64,000 nucleotides of DNA, taken from contig CAVZSV010000004.1 of the NCBI GenBank assembly GCA_963778115.1, positions 2,080,001 to 2,144,000 on the forward strand, read 5' to 3'. Under the pieces are notes generated by a model that was not told the origin of the DNA, searched no databases, and worked only from the letters and a program-made list of their open reading frames with translations. Of this stretch, positions 39,917-50,682 are shown one piece after another (the first letter of the stretch is position 1; every line of letters starts with the position of its first letter). The translations under genes were made by a program, and so were the position numbers. Source of the DNA: an uncultured delta proteobacterium. GTDB lineage: Bacteria > Bdellovibrionota > FAC87 > UBA2466.

Positions 39917-41043
39917 TCTGCCTCCCGACTCTCTTTTTTCTTCTGAATTATTCCGGATTGGCGGACGATGTTCAATAGTATTCCCATCATCAGCAGATTT
40001 ACAAAGAGGGCGGATCTGCCCCATGAGATGAAAGGAAGTGGAAGGCCTTTCACGGGAAGAATCCCAGTCACTCCTCCTAAGTTGACGGAAACTTGGAGAA
40101 GAAGCGACAGGGAAAGCCCAAATCCCAGATACTTTCCAAAATTGTCAGGAGCATGAAAAGACGCTTTGAAAAGTAAGTATCCAAAGTACGCGAACATCAC
40201 AAGGAGTGTGATAGCTCCTACAAAACCCAACTCTTCTCCGATGAGCGCAAAAATGAAATCGGTATGCACTTCAGGCAGAAAGAAAAGTTTGGAGTTACCG
40301 TTTCCAATTCCCACCCCAAATATCTTTCCTGAGTGGAATGACAGGAAGGATTGAATGGTTTGAAATCCACTTCCTTGAGGATCGGCCCAGGGATTGAGAA
40401 ACGCCATTACCCTACGCCTGCGGTATTCGGAGTGGAGCATGGCAAAAAGGGCCGCTCCGATTCCCGCTCCCAAGACACCCAGAAGGTACGTCGTTCTGGC
40501 CCCTCCGATGAAAAAAAGCCCCAGGATGATGCAAGATAAGAGTACCGTCGAGCCCAAGTCGGACTGCCTAAAGACTGAAAAAAGAACCAAGAGAATGAGC
40601 CCGCCGTGAACGATCCAAAACTTTCGAGAAGCTTTCAGTTCTTGCAGTGTCGAAAGCATGTAGGCGACGTATAGAGTGACGGAAATCTTGGCGAGTTCGC
40701 TGGGCTGAAACTGCACGGGGCCGAGCTTTAGCCAACGAGTAGCCCCTCCCGCGTTATGGCCGAGATGGGTAAAGATAGTGACAAAATTTAGCGTCAGCTG
40801 GATGAGTAGCAGCGGAATTGCTAACTTTCCCCACCATTGGTATTTGGTACGAGACAAGAGAAACATGAAAAAGAGGCCGAGAATTCCGCAAAGGGCTTGC
40901 CGGTTAACATAGTAAAACTCGGAGCCATGCTGCTGTACGCCCATGATGCCAGTGGCACTAAAGAGCATGACCAGACCGATTAGCAGAAAGAGAATGACCA
41001 GAGAGACTATTTTACGCTCTGGCGAAAGCAACTTTGTCGTCAT
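39892..41043 (-). CDS. ftsW: SEDS peptidoglycan polymerase FtsW
   Basis: GATRW, QPSELAK, DLG, LPEVHTDFIF..IGEELG, PVKGLPLPFISWG; upstream of murG. Confidence 0.96.
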   Translation of the reverse strand: MTTKLLSPERKIVSLVILFLLIGLVMLFSATGIMGVQQHGSEFYYVNRQALCGILGLFFMFLLSRTKYQWWGKLAIPLLLIQLTLNFVTIFTHLGHNAGGATRWLKLGPVQFQPSELAKISVTLYVAYMLSTLQELKASRKFWIVHGGLILLVLFSVFRQSDLGSTVLLSCIILGLFFIGGARTTYLLGVLGAGIGAALFAMLHSEYRRRRVMAFLNPWADPQGSGFQTIQSFLSFHSGKIFGVGIGNGNSKLFFLPEVHTDFIFALIGEELGFVGAITLLVMFAYFGYLLFKASFHAPDNFGKYLGFGLSLSLLLQVSVNLGGVTGILPVKGLPLPFISWGRSALFVNLLMMGILLNIVRQSGIIQKKKESREAEFPRAKTY

Positions 41044-41081
41044 GCCGTAATTTTAGCATGACGACGAGACTACACGCTGCG

Positions 41082-42536
41082 TTACTCGCGATAGTCTTCA
41101 GCGCGGATGTTGTACTTTTGAAGCTTGCGGAGCAGCGTTTTCTTCGGAATCTTGGCGTGCATCGCCGTTTGGTTGATGCGGCCCTTAAAGGTCTTTAACG
41201 CTCTTACAATAAACTCCTTTTCGAACTGTTCTTTGTGACTTCGGTAGTCAAGAAGCTGCGATTCTTCTTCGTCAAAGGGAAGTTCGATGCGCTCTTTGGA
41301 AGCTTCGACTGCACCTGCCGCCGCCCATCTGGGTTCGCTTGCTATCCCCGAAGAGAGATACTGAGGAAGCGATTGGGGGAGAATACGCTCGGTATTTTCA
41401 ATAACAAAAGCGTGTTCGATGACGTTCTCAAGCTCACGAATGTTCCCCGGCCAATTGTGCCGAAGCAGGATTTGTAACGATGTGGGAGTAACACCGGTGA
41501 CGCGCTTCTTGTGGAGGACATTAAACTTAGCAATGAAATGGTTCACTAGCTTTTCGATATCATCTTTACGTTCCCGCAGAGGGGGAAGGTAGATGGGAAT
41601 CACATTTAATCGGTAGAAAAGATCTTCCCTAAAGGTTCCCTTTTGAATCATCTCTTCCAAGTTTCGATTGGTAGCCGCAATGACTCTGACGTCCATCTCA
41701 ATTTCCCGGTTGGAGCCCACGGGAATAAATTTGCGTTCTTGCAAGACTCGCAAGAGTTTAACTTGCATTGCCGGACTTAGATCTCCTATCTCGTCGAGGA
41801 ACATCGTTCCTCCTTCGGCATACTGAAATTTTCCGATCTGCCGTTGATCGGCTCCGGTGAAGGCCCCTTTTTCATGGCCAAAGAGTTCGCTTTCGAACAG
41901 AGTCTCAGCGATGGAACTACAGTTGATGGCGACTAGCTTCTGGTCCTTACGTGCCGAGTTGTAGTGAATGGCGCGAGCCACAAGCTCCTTGCCCGTTCCG
42001 CTCTCGCCGCGAATGAGAACGGAAGTATCCACTTTGGCCAGCTTGTAGATGACGCCAAAAATTTTCTGCATCTCGCTCGAGTTTCCAACGAAGCTTCCCG
42101 TATCGAGTTTGACCACCGGGGCAGAAAACGCCATGTGATGGATCATCTGCTGCGCTTCTAGTGCGCGCTGAACCATCTCGACGATAGCCTGGTGCTTGAT
42201 CGGCTTAGCGAGGTAGTTATAAGCGCCCTCTTTAATCGCTTTTACGGCATTTTCAATGGTGCTGTAGGCGGTCATCACGACAACGATGATCGAAGGGTCC
42301 AGCTCTTTAATTTTCGAAAGGCATTCCATGCCTCCCAGCCGCGGCATGTTCACATCGAGCATGACTAAATCGGGCCTTACTTTCTGGATGGATTCTAATG
42401 CCGCAATCCCGTCCTCGGCCTGTTCGACGACGAATCCCGTTCGAGTGAGCGCTTCGGCGATGGTCTGTCGAAGTTCCAGATCATCTTCGACTACGAGAAC
42501 TCGTTTCCCTTGAACTTCTGAATTTCCTGCACTCAT
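41082..42536 (-). CDS. Sigma54-dependent response regulator (NtrC family)
   Basis: Receiver domain, GESGTGKE, ESELFGHEKGAFTGA, WPGNIRELEN, Fis-type HTH. Confidence 0.97.
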   Translation of the reverse strand: MSAGNSEVQGKRVLVVEDDLELRQTIAEALTRTGFVVEQAEDGIAALESIQKVRPDLVMLDVNMPRLGGMECLSKIKELDPSIIVVVMTAYSTIENAVKAIKEGAYNYLAKPIKHQAIVEMVQRALEAQQMIHHMAFSAPVVKLDTGSFVGNSSEMQKIFGVIYKLAKVDTSVLIRGESGTGKELVARAIHYNSARKDQKLVAINCSSIAETLFESELFGHEKGAFTGADQRQIGKFQYAEGGTMFLDEIGDLSPAMQVKLLRVLQERKFIPVGSNREIEMDVRVIAATNRNLEEMIQKGTFREDLFYRLNVIPIYLPPLRERKDDIEKLVNHFIAKFNVLHKKRVTGVTPTSLQILLRHNWPGNIRELENVIEHAFVIENTERILPQSLPQYLSSGIASEPRWAAAGAVEASKERIELPFDEEESQLLDYRSHKEQFEKEFIVRALKTFKGRINQTAMHAKIPKKTLLRKLQKYNIRAEDYRE

Positions 42537-42549
42537 GGTTTCCTCCCTT

Positions 42550-44469
42550 TTATACCGGTAAAGAAATAGTAAAAATGCTTCCCTGTCCTATTTCGCTTTT
42601 TAGATCTACGGCACCGCGATGGAGCTCCACAAAATACTTTACCAAGTAAAGTCCGAGTCCCGTTCCTTTAATCTCTTTGGTAGCCGGATTTTCACAGCGA
42701 TAAAACTTTTCGAAGACTTTCCCCTGCTCTAAAGGATCGATACCCATGCCGCGATCGGCTACCGATACCCTTATCCACCCATTCTCTTCTTTCGAGCTTA
42801 GCGTGATCTCGCTAGTAGAGGGAGAATACTTTATCGCATTTTCCACGAGATTCGAAAGAACTCTACGTATGAGGGTGACATCGAATTTAAACGAGAAAAG
42901 CGGCTCTAGTTGCGTATTGAGGGTGATATGCTTTTCGGCTGCCAGAAACTTCTTGCTTTCGATCACTTCGGTGATGGTCGCGTTGATATCTTTTGAGGCT
43001 TTCTGCAAGGGAATATCAGCACTTTCAATTCGTGTAAGGTCCAGCACGGTCTGAACGTACTCACTCAGATCCTCAGTGGTATGGATGATTGCGGAGAGCG
43101 ATTTTTTTTGGCGTTCATTTAGCGTTGAAGCCTCGTTAAGCACTAATTCGGCATTACCTTGAATGCGCGCTATGGGAGTTTTTAGGTCATGAGAGATAAG
43201 TGAAAGGAAATTACTTTTTAGCTGCTCTAATTGACCCATCCATTCCGTCTTTTGTTGGTAATACCATCGGACTCGATACTCACTCAGTAGACGATAGGGA
43301 ATGACGACGTAATAGCTCACACAGGCAGCAATGAGCGGATGAGCGAGATCGATCCATGTATCAAAAAAGAACAGAGCCGCCCAGGCCGAGCTGATAGTGG
43401 CCAGAATGACGACCAAGACGGCGACAATGCCTCGTCCCGGAGAAAGCAGAAGGGCCGAATTAACGATGATGGCGCCTATGAGAAGCGAGAGTAAGACTAC
43501 GGTAAAATGGCTCGATCTTTTAATGCCGTTGTTATTGAGAAGCGTGCCCAGACTCTGGGCCGCTCCTTCCAGAAATAGAGTTTCGCGCGGCTCCCTAGAA
43601 TAAGGGGTGAGTACGAAATCAGCGTCTTTACGAGAAAGGGCTGTGCCGATGAGGACTATTTTATTACGAAAAGTTCCTCTCGGCGTTCTTCCTTCGGCCA
43701 CTTCAGCGGTGGAGTGAACGGGATAAGTTCCTGGAGGCCCTTGCCAGTGAATATAGGTCTGCAACGTGTTGGAAGCGGGGGAAGGTCTCGAAGTCGATTG
43801 GAAGAATTGGCGCTTTGTCATTCCGCGAACCGTGCGTGCGAGTTCGGCGTAAAGGCTAGGAAACCCTTCAACGGCTATCATCACTCGTCGGGTCACCGAG
43901 TCGGCTCCGTAGTTAAAGGTATCTCGAGAAATAAAACCCGGCCGATATCTGACGACGTTTAGGAAAGCGGAAGGAGGAGGATTGCCGAGGCTATCGTCAT
44001 CAAGAAAACCGACGTAGTCGGATTCAGTTTTAGCGAAGCACTTGGCCAAGGCGGCTATCTCCTGCTCTGAATAGTCACGTTCATTGATGGACCCAATGAG
44101 AGCAATGGCCCGTGGCGAATCGGCCTTAATGTGCTCTATTGTTGCGGTAATTTCATCCACCGGAAACTTTAAAGAGCCTCCGTAACGACGGCTGGCGACG
44201 TCGTCGTAGGCAATGAGTGCGATGTCAGGGACGGGATTTTTCTTCCAGCGCGTACGAAACAAACCATCTACCAAAATCCCGTTTAGGCCGTCCAACGCGA
44301 ACTGTCCCATCGCGAGCACAAAGATCGAAACTAGCAGAGTGGCTGAGAGGTGAGTCGTGGTTTTTGACTGTCTAGTAATCGCACCCCTCCGCGCAGCAAA
44401 ATGGTTTCCCATCTCTTTCGGCTTTGGTGGTGAGTGCGGTCGGTTCCAGAATCTCATGGAGAAGGCCAC
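42550..44469 (-). CDS. CHASE2-domain sensor histidine kinase
   Basis: TM plus CHASE2-like region (KIVLIG, TPY), 3 TMs, SHDLKTP H-box, NLVENAIKY, D.GMG, GTGLGL. Confidence 0.92.
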   Translation of the reverse strand: MAFSMRFWNRPHSPPKPKEMGNHFAARRGAITRQSKTTTHLSATLLVSIFVLAMGQFALDGLNGILVDGLFRTRWKKNPVPDIALIAYDDVASRRYGGSLKFPVDEITATIEHIKADSPRAIALIGSINERDYSEQEIAALAKCFAKTESDYVGFLDDDSLGNPPPSAFLNVVRYRPGFISRDTFNYGADSVTRRVMIAVEGFPSLYAELARTVRGMTKRQFFQSTSRPSPASNTLQTYIHWQGPPGTYPVHSTAEVAEGRTPRGTFRNKIVLIGTALSRKDADFVLTPYSREPRETLFLEGAAQSLGTLLNNNGIKRSSHFTVVLLSLLIGAIIVNSALLLSPGRGIVAVLVVILATISSAWAALFFFDTWIDLAHPLIAACVSYYVVIPYRLLSEYRVRWYYQQKTEWMGQLEQLKSNFLSLISHDLKTPIARIQGNAELVLNEASTLNERQKKSLSAIIHTTEDLSEYVQTVLDLTRIESADIPLQKASKDINATITEVIESKKFLAAEKHITLNTQLEPLFSFKFDVTLIRRVLSNLVENAIKYSPSTSEITLSSKEENGWIRVSVADRGMGIDPLEQGKVFEKFYRCENPATKEIKGTGLGLYLVKYFVELHRGAVDLKSEIGQGSIFTISLPV

Positions 44470-44526
44470 CCCCTTGCGACCTACTCCGCCTATATACCGC
44501 CCCTAACACACCTTCCACAAGCCTAC

Positions 44527-44542
44527 TGCAAGCCGCGGGCCC
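44527..44542 (-). promoter_or_regulatory. Putative sigma54 promoter of the kinase/regulator operon
   Basis: Minus strand reads GGGCCC-GCGGC-TTGCA (GG-N10-GC). An AT-rich tract and the inverted repeat TGGTG-N9-CACCA (44618-44636) lie upstream. Confidence 0.5.
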
Positions 44543-44690
44543 ACCTAGGGTCAGATTGCCATATAATTTTAAATAGTAATGTTAAGTATTTAAGCTGGTT
44601 CAGAGGGAAAATAAAGATGGTGTCAAATTACCACCAGTTGCGCCTCGGTGCCGGTATGACCCCAGCCATCCTCATCGTCATTTGATTTGG

Positions 44691-45119
44691 TTAGGGGCGG
44701 TCAAGAGCCTCGTTGGCCATCGCGTCAGCTAGAGAATTTTCCTCTCTTCTGACATGTAAGATCTGAGCCTTCTCGAAATTTTCCAAAAGGGCCTTCGCTT
44801 GCTGAAAAAGAGGGATGATGTTGGGCGCTTTCACCTTATAGATTCCGTTAAGCTGCCTCACCATAAATTCTGAATCTGCTTTGACCACGATCTGTTTTGC
44901 TCCTAGCTCCACCAGACGCTTAAGTCCATGGATAAGGCCTTGGTATTCCGCGACATTGTTAGTGGTATTTCCGAGACGCCCCCCTTTTTGTTCCAGGACA
45001 TCTTGGTTTTGAAAGATCACAAAGCCATAAGCCGCAGGCCCCGGATTTCCCCGAGACGCCCCGTCGCAAAATAGAAGGAATGGGGAGGAGTCCGCGTTAT
45101 TTAGCGGAGGCTTCGGCAT
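44691..45119 (-). CDS. rnhA: Ribonuclease HI
   Basis: DGASRGNPG, TNNVAEY, DSE..VRQ..G.YKV, REEN..AD..AN. Confidence 0.93.
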   Translation of the reverse strand: MPKPPLNNADSSPFLLFCDGASRGNPGPAAYGFVIFQNQDVLEQKGGRLGNTTNNVAEYQGLIHGLKRLVELGAKQIVVKADSEFMVRQLNGIYKVKAPNIIPLFQQAKALLENFEKAQILHVRREENSLADAMANEALDRP

Positions 45120-45852
45120 CGGCTACATCAGCTTCTTTGGAAGGAATAATAAGAATACGGCCGCAACTAGGACAACGGTGAACTGCTTTGAATCCTAGAA
45201 TCTCGTTGTAGAGTTGCGGGCGCACCTTCATGTGGCAACCCAAACACATTCCATTTTCCGCGTAGACAATGCCTACGCCTTTAGTGCGGGTGGCGACTCT
45301 TAAGTAGATGGCGTTGATATCGTGGGTAAGCTGAGACGCTGCAGAATGCCGCTGTCCCAACTGCTCTTCCAAGACCTTTACGATGCTGGATCGATCGGCT
45401 TCGATCTTAGCGAGGTCTTTTTTGATGCTCTCTTCATAAGATTTAAAATTCTTTTCGACCTCTTTAAGAATTTGGCGCTGGGCTTCCACTTCATTCATCA
45501 GTTGGAGAGCTTGCTCTTCGAAGCCTGATTTTTCCTGCTTTTGAGCGTTATTTTCCTTAACGGCCGCCTGATATTCTTCGTTAGTCTTGACCTCCATCAT
45601 TTTGCCTTCGGCTTTATGGAGCTTATCTTCACGCTCTTTGAGGTCTTGCTCACTCTTACGAAGCTTCTTCTCACAAGTATCAAACAGAAGTTTGGCTTTG
45701 TCGTATTCGTCGCGCTTAGTTTGCAGGGATTGAGTTAACTTATCGGTCTCGTTAGGAAGGCTTTCGATTTGGTCTTGCAACCGGGAGATCTTCTCATCTA
45801 TCCGCCGAAGATCCGCCAAAATTTGATACTGAGCTTTCATGGACTCGCTCAA
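45097..45852 (-). CDS. Coiled-coil C4 zinc-ribbon protein (DUF164/CT398/FlgZ-like)
   Basis: Long coiled coil with KTNEEYQA, then CLGCH...CPSCGRIL. Confidence 0.9.
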   Translation of the reverse strand: MSESMKAQYQILADLRRIDEKISRLQDQIESLPNETDKLTQSLQTKRDEYDKAKLLFDTCEKKLRKSEQDLKEREDKLHKAEGKMMEVKTNEEYQAAVKENNAQKQEKSGFEEQALQLMNEVEAQRQILKEVEKNFKSYEESIKKDLAKIEADRSSIVKVLEEQLGQRHSAASQLTHDINAIYLRVATRTKGVGIVYAENGMCLGCHMKVRPQLYNEILGFKAVHRCPSCGRILIIPSKEADVADAEASAK

Positions 45853-45937
45853 CGCTTATCCTCCCTGCTACTATCTTAATTCCTGCTGCTACCAGGCCCT
45901 TTTCCAAGGTCGGTGTCTCATGTGGGCCGATATCTAA

Positions 45938-46011
45938 TGGGCCCACCAGGACTTGAACCTGGGACCTACCGGTTATGAGCCGGCTGCTCTAACCGACTGA
46001 GCTATGGGCCC
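45938..46011 (-). tRNA. tRNA with CAT anticodon, most likely tRNA-Ile2 (lysidine); CCA not encoded
   Basis: GGGCCCATAGCTCAG...CCGGCTCATAACCGG...GGTTCAAGTCC...GGGCCCA. Sequence type and position after rpoD fit Ile2 better than Met. Confidence 0.9.
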
Positions 46012-46123
46012 CGAGACCGTGGTCCTCTTGCGCTAGATCAACAGCACCGACACTCTACCGCTTAATCCCCGGAAGTCCAGAGGGATTATGATAAATTCCG
46101 GCACTTTCCGTCGGTAAATGAGT

Positions 46124-48004
46124 TCAATTTTCTATAAACGCCTTCAACCGCTTGCTTCGGCTGGGGTGGCGAAGTTTGCGCAGCGCTTTTGCCTCAATCT
46201 GACGAATACGCTCTCGAGTTACGTTAAAGTCTTGTCCTACCTCTTCCAAAGTATGGTCAGAGCTTTCCCCGATGCCAAAGCGCATGCGAAGCACTTTCTC
46301 CTCTCGGGGGGTTAAGGTGGAAAGAACCCGTCTTGTCTGTTCGGACAGATTCACGTTCGTTACCGCATCGGCGGGCGAAATCATCGCTTTGTCCTCAATA
46401 AAGTCACCCAAATGCGAATCTTCGTCCTCGCCAATAGGCGTCTCTAAAGAGATCGGTTCCTTAGCGATCTTGAGAACTTTACGAACCTTATCAACCGGCA
46501 TTTCCATCTTTTCGGCAATCTCTTCCGGCGTCGGCTCCCGTCCCAGCTCCTGCACCAAATAACGTGAAGTTCGGATGAGCTTGTTGATCGTCTCGATCAT
46601 GTGGACCGGAATACGAATCGTTCTGGCCTGATCGGCGATGGCTCGAGTAATCGCCTGACGAATCCACCACGTGGCATAAGTCGAAAACTTATAACCGCGT
46701 CGGTATTCAAACTTATCGACGGCTTTCATCAAGCCGATGTTGCCTTCTTGAATGAGATCTAAGAACTGAAGACCCCGGTTGGTGTACTTTTTGGCGATCG
46801 ATACCACCAAGCGAAGATTCGCCTCGACTAACTCGGCTTTGGCGATTTCGGATTTTCGCTCTCCGGCTAAGATCGCCTCATACATGTCTTTCAATTCACG
46901 GGCTCGGAGATTGGTCTCCTTTTCTACGACGCCGACCTTCTTCGCGGCATTTCGCATGACAAGGTCAAGTTCAAGAATTCCAGCGTAATCATAGCCGTAC
47001 TTATTCTTAAGCTGCTCTTCGTACTTCTTGTTGCGCTTGCTTTCAGTCAGAGCTTTGCGGAACTTTCCGATGGTATCTACGTTGATCCGGCGAAGACTTC
47101 GGTAAATTTCGGTCTCCGCTTCTTCAATGCGCTGAACCTGCTGCTTAAATTTCGCTACGATCTTATTGATCGTCTTACGGTTGAAATTGATCTCTTGGAA
47201 AACCTTTACGATGCTGCGCCGGTTACTGGCGAGACGTTCACGCAACTTCTTTCGTTCCAGGGCGGCCTGGCCCCCCTTGAGAAGTTTTTGCTCAACGCCG
47301 TTGAGAATACGTTCAAAGTTTTTAACGAGCTTCATTCCTTCTAGAATGCGCTCGCGGCATTCGGCCTCGTTAAGGCCTTCCATTTGATGCTGTTCTTCTT
47401 CGGTAGGCTCTGGCTCAGGTTCCGCATTAGGATCGGGAACTACCGCTTCCGCTCCATTGCCCCCTTCGGCATTTTCCTGGTTCTCGCTCTCGCCTTCACC
47501 GCCTCGAACGACATCGCGCGCCCGGAGTTTGCCCTTTTCGATCTTGTCGCCGATGGCCAAAAACTCCTTGATGCCCATCGAGGAGTTTAAGATGACGTCC
47601 AAGACTTCGGCTTCGCCCTCTTCAATACGTTTTGCAATTTCAATTTCGCCTTCGCGAGTGAGGAGCGCCACCGAACCCATCTTCTTTAGATAGAGGCGGA
47701 CCGGATCGAGTCCACGGGTAAGGGCTTCTTCGTCTTCGCTGGCGCCCGCACCGGCTCCCGCTTCGGCAGCAGGGGCGGCAGAGGTCGCTGTATTGGCGGC
47801 TTTCTTTAAAGCCTTTAACTGCTTTTCGTTTTCCACGATTTCGATGTCATTCTCTTCGAGAAGAGTCATGACCTCGTCGATCTCTTCAGATTCGATGAGT
47901 TCTTCGGGAAGGGCTTCATTGATCTCCTCATACGTGAGGAACCCCTTCTCTTTTCCGGTGGAAATGAGTTTTAGTAATTCTTTTTTCTTTTCAAGCTTGG
48001 GCAT
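46124..48004 (-). CDS. rpoD: RNA polymerase sigma factor RpoD
   Basis: Region 1.1, [48 protein letters not shown]. Confidence 0.99.
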   Translation of the reverse strand: MPKLEKKKELLKLISTGKEKGFLTYEEINEALPEELIESEEIDEVMTLLEENDIEIVENEKQLKALKKAANTATSAAPAAEAGAGAGASEDEEALTRGLDPVRLYLKKMGSVALLTREGEIEIAKRIEEGEAEVLDVILNSSMGIKEFLAIGDKIEKGKLRARDVVRGGEGESENQENAEGGNGAEAVVPDPNAEPEPEPTEEEQHQMEGLNEAECRERILEGMKLVKNFERILNGVEQKLLKGGQAALERKKLRERLASNRRSIVKVFQEINFNRKTINKIVAKFKQQVQRIEEAETEIYRSLRRINVDTIGKFRKALTESKRNKKYEEQLKNKYGYDYAGILELDLVMRNAAKKVGVVEKETNLRARELKDMYEAILAGERKSEIAKAELVEANLRLVVSIAKKYTNRGLQFLDLIQEGNIGLMKAVDKFEYRRGYKFSTYATWWIRQAITRAIADQARTIRIPVHMIETINKLIRTSRYLVQELGREPTPEEIAEKMEMPVDKVRKVLKIAKEPISLETPIGEDEDSHLGDFIEDKAMISPADAVTNVNLSEQTRRVLSTLTPREEKVLRMRFGIGESSDHTLEEVGQDFNVTRERIRQIEAKALRKLRHPSRSKRLKAFIEN

Positions 48005-48142
48005 CGGTCTATAGCTCCGTAAAGTTAGGGCACGTCGCTTTGATACGGCAAGGAGACAAACACCGATTCATAACACGCCACACAGCGTGATGCAACGGTC
48101 AAAGCCCCCGTAAAGGGGTATAAGTGCCACGTTCTTAAAGTT

Positions 48143-49978
48143 TCAATGACTTCTAAGCTCCTTTAGTTTCTCAAGTAGTCGAATTCCTTCGCGATCGTCC
48201 CCTAGTTTGTCGCTCAATTTAACCTGAGCGGAAAGGGCGCGTATTTCCAATTCTCTTTTTCTTTTCAATAGCCTATCGGCCAAGACCCTTAAAGTTCGGC
48301 CGTCCAAACTAGCGTCTTTGGCCTGCCTCTCTTCGGAGCTAGACGAAGCAATCAGCCACTTTGCCGCCAAGGCCTGAAGCTTCATGAGCGCTTCAGTCTG
48401 GACAAGCTGTTCCAAAACAGGGGGCCAACGATCCGGTGCAGGAGCTCCGGCTTCGGAAAGTGCCGTTAACCAGTAGCGCACCCGCTCTTCTTTGATGCCT
48501 GCCATCCAATCGGTGGTTGGAATGGCAAAGAAGGCCTGTGGCCATTGCAAGGCCGAGTCAAAAAAATCAAGATCTAAAGGATCGATAGCGGCCTCCTTGG
48601 TGGGAGGTAATTTTTTACCAGGGGCTGGCGCGTTCTTTGCGTCTGGCGCCTTTTCGATCTTGGGGGCAAGCCTTGCCTGTCCGGATTCGCTGATCTCTTT
48701 AAGAGCTTCTACCGAGGTTTTCAAAACGAGTGAGATATTGTCCCAAAGGATGGCGCGATCGGATAGCCGCCGGCTCGCTACTAAGATCGGAGTCAGTTCG
48801 GAAAGCCACTTAGCGCTCTCCTCTTCGCTGAGGTGCCCTTCCGTTGCGATCTCTTTCAAAAGCTTAGTGATCTGTCGCGGAGCTTTTTCACAAGATTGAT
48901 AAAATTTTTCAGCTCCCTCCTTTTGGAGGTATTCGTCTGGATCTTGTCCGTCAGGGAGTGAGAGGTCTTTGGCAAAGATGCCCGATTCCAAAAAGAGATG
49001 GACCGATCTTCTCCATGCGTCTTGTCCGCCGGCATCGGGATCAAACACTGTGACGACTCGATTGCATAGTTTCTTGAGTTGCGCGCAATGGTCTTCGGTC
49101 AGTGCGGTTCCCATCGTCGCTAGAGCGTTGTTAACGCCGCACTCCGCGAGTCCAACGACATCCATGTAGCCTTCCACGATGACCGCTTCGCCTCTTACTC
49201 GAATCCCTCGCATGCTTTCATGAATTCCGTAAAAGCAGCGACGCTTGGAAAAAAGCGGTGACTCTGGCGAATTGAGATACTTGGGTTGGTTGGGCTCGTC
49301 GTTAAGAAGTCGGGCGCCGAAGCCGATGACCGATCCCTCGGCATCGCGGATGGGAAACATCAATCGTTCCCGAAATCTATCGTAACCTTTGCGGGGTGAA
49401 CCCTCTTTGGCGATGACAAGCCCGGCTTCGGTCAGTTCCGAAAAGGTGAATTTCCTTTTCTCCATCAGATCCATTAACGTATTCCAGCCTCGAGGCGAGA
49501 CTCCAATGCGAAAGCGATCGATGGTCTTTCGAGAAATTCCTCGCGACATGAGATAGTCCAAAGCCAATCGATATTCGGGAACTTCAGTCAGAAGGTAGTT
49601 AAAATATTTGGTCGCCCATTCCAAGGCTTCGGTAAGCCGGGCCAAGCCCGGAATCGGTTGAGGGGCTGGAGCTCGTCGAGAGTTTGCCTCCTCCTTGAGT
49701 TCGATCCCAGCGCGTTTGGCTAATTTCTTTACCGCTTCCGGAAACGAGAGCCCCTCGATGGCGCAGACAAAAGTAAAAATATTGCCGCCTTTTTGGCAGC
49801 CGAAGCAGTGAAAGCATTGCTTGAGGGGATGTACATGAAAGGAGGGGGTCTTCTCATTATGAAAAGGACACAACCCCACATAGCCAAGACCTGATTTTTT
49901 TAAAGGAAGGTACTCGCCGATTAACTCAACGATGCTTATCGCATTTCTTAATGTAGTAAGCGTTGCATCCGAGTACAT
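48143..49978 (-). CDS. dnaG: DNA primase
   Basis: CPFHNEKTPSF..CFGC, DRFRERLMFPI, KYLNSPE, EGYMD, Toprim DPDAGG. Confidence 0.98.
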   Translation of the reverse strand: MYSDATLTTLRNAISIVELIGEYLPLKKSGLGYVGLCPFHNEKTPSFHVHPLKQCFHCFGCQKGGNIFTFVCAIEGLSFPEAVKKLAKRAGIELKEEANSRRAPAPQPIPGLARLTEALEWATKYFNYLLTEVPEYRLALDYLMSRGISRKTIDRFRIGVSPRGWNTLMDLMEKRKFTFSELTEAGLVIAKEGSPRKGYDRFRERLMFPIRDAEGSVIGFGARLLNDEPNQPKYLNSPESPLFSKRRCFYGIHESMRGIRVRGEAVIVEGYMDVVGLAECGVNNALATMGTALTEDHCAQLKKLCNRVVTVFDPDAGGQDAWRRSVHLFLESGIFAKDLSLPDGQDPDEYLQKEGAEKFYQSCEKAPRQITKLLKEIATEGHLSEEESAKWLSELTPILVASRRLSDRAILWDNISLVLKTSVEALKEISESGQARLAPKIEKAPDAKNAPAPGKKLPPTKEAAIDPLDLDFFDSALQWPQAFFAIPTTDWMAGIKEERVRYWLTALSEAGAPAPDRWPPVLEQLVQTEALMKLQALAAKWLIASSSSEERQAKDASLDGRTLRVLADRLLKRKRELEIRALSAQVKLSDKLGDDREGIRLLEKLKELRSH

Positions 49979-50682
49979 TACGTTTTCTTTTCCCTAAACT
50001 TCACTGACGATGCAGATACCGAACTCGATCTCGAAACCCAGGGGGAGTCCTTCAAGAAGAACCGCCACGGTTTTTCCGCTGCTTTGCTGATGCCGATACG
50101 AGGAGACTCACTGATGAGCTTTGCCGGAACCCGGGTTCCCAAGTCCACGATTTTGAAATCAGGACGGTCAAAAGTAAATCCGTTGTACGTCAAATCGATA
50201 CCCAGCCCTTTGGTCAGCTTTCCCGGCCCATTCAAAAGGCCGAAGTCGGTCTTTATCAGAGCCCGACGCTTTCGGATACTATCGATTCCAAAAATCGGGC
50301 GCGCCGCCCGAAATAAAACAGCTTCGCCGATACCGGGCCCCCGAGTAGACACATTCATACAGTAGTTAAGTCCATACGAAAGGTAGACGTAGCAGCTTCC
50401 GCCCCCCTCAAACATGACTGCATTTCTCTTAGTGACGCCCCGATAGGCATGGCTTGCGGGATCGGCTCCTCCCAAATAGGCCTCAACTTCGACGATCTCC
50501 ACCGCAATAGTGTCTTTGATACTGCGCGTTGCGGAAGCCGCATGCACTACTAGAACCTTCCCGAGTAAGCGTCGCGCTACTACTAAAGTCTCATCCTCGT
50601 AGAAAGACCGGGGCAACGGAGGCTGATTTTCCAATATTAAGGAATTAGGGCTTGGGGGAGAGTTTGGCGCGCGCGATCTCAT
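49978..50682 (-). CDS. mpg: DNA-3-methyladenine glycosylase (MPG/AAG family)
   Basis: ARRLLGK, IVEVEAYLG..D.ASH, YVY.SYG, NGPGKL, PRIGIS; exact start uncertain. Confidence 0.92.
   Translation of the reverse strand: MRSRAPNSPPSPNSLILENQPPLPRSFYEDETLVVARRLLGKVLVVHAASATRSIKDTIAVEIVEVEAYLGGADPASHAYRGVTKRNAVMFEGGGSCYVYLSYGLNYCMNVSTRGPGIGEAVLFRAARPIFGIDSIRKRRALIKTDFGLLNGPGKLTKGLGIDLTYNGFTFDRPDFKIVDLGTRVPAKLISESPRIGISKAAEKPWRFFLKDSPWVSRSSSVSASSVKFREKKT

Noticed and set aside
45938..46011. Initiator or elongator tRNA-Met
   Set aside because: Paired G1-C72 and no triple G-C anticodon stem exclude fMet. Sequence and location after rpoD favour Ile2, though elongator Met is not fully excluded.
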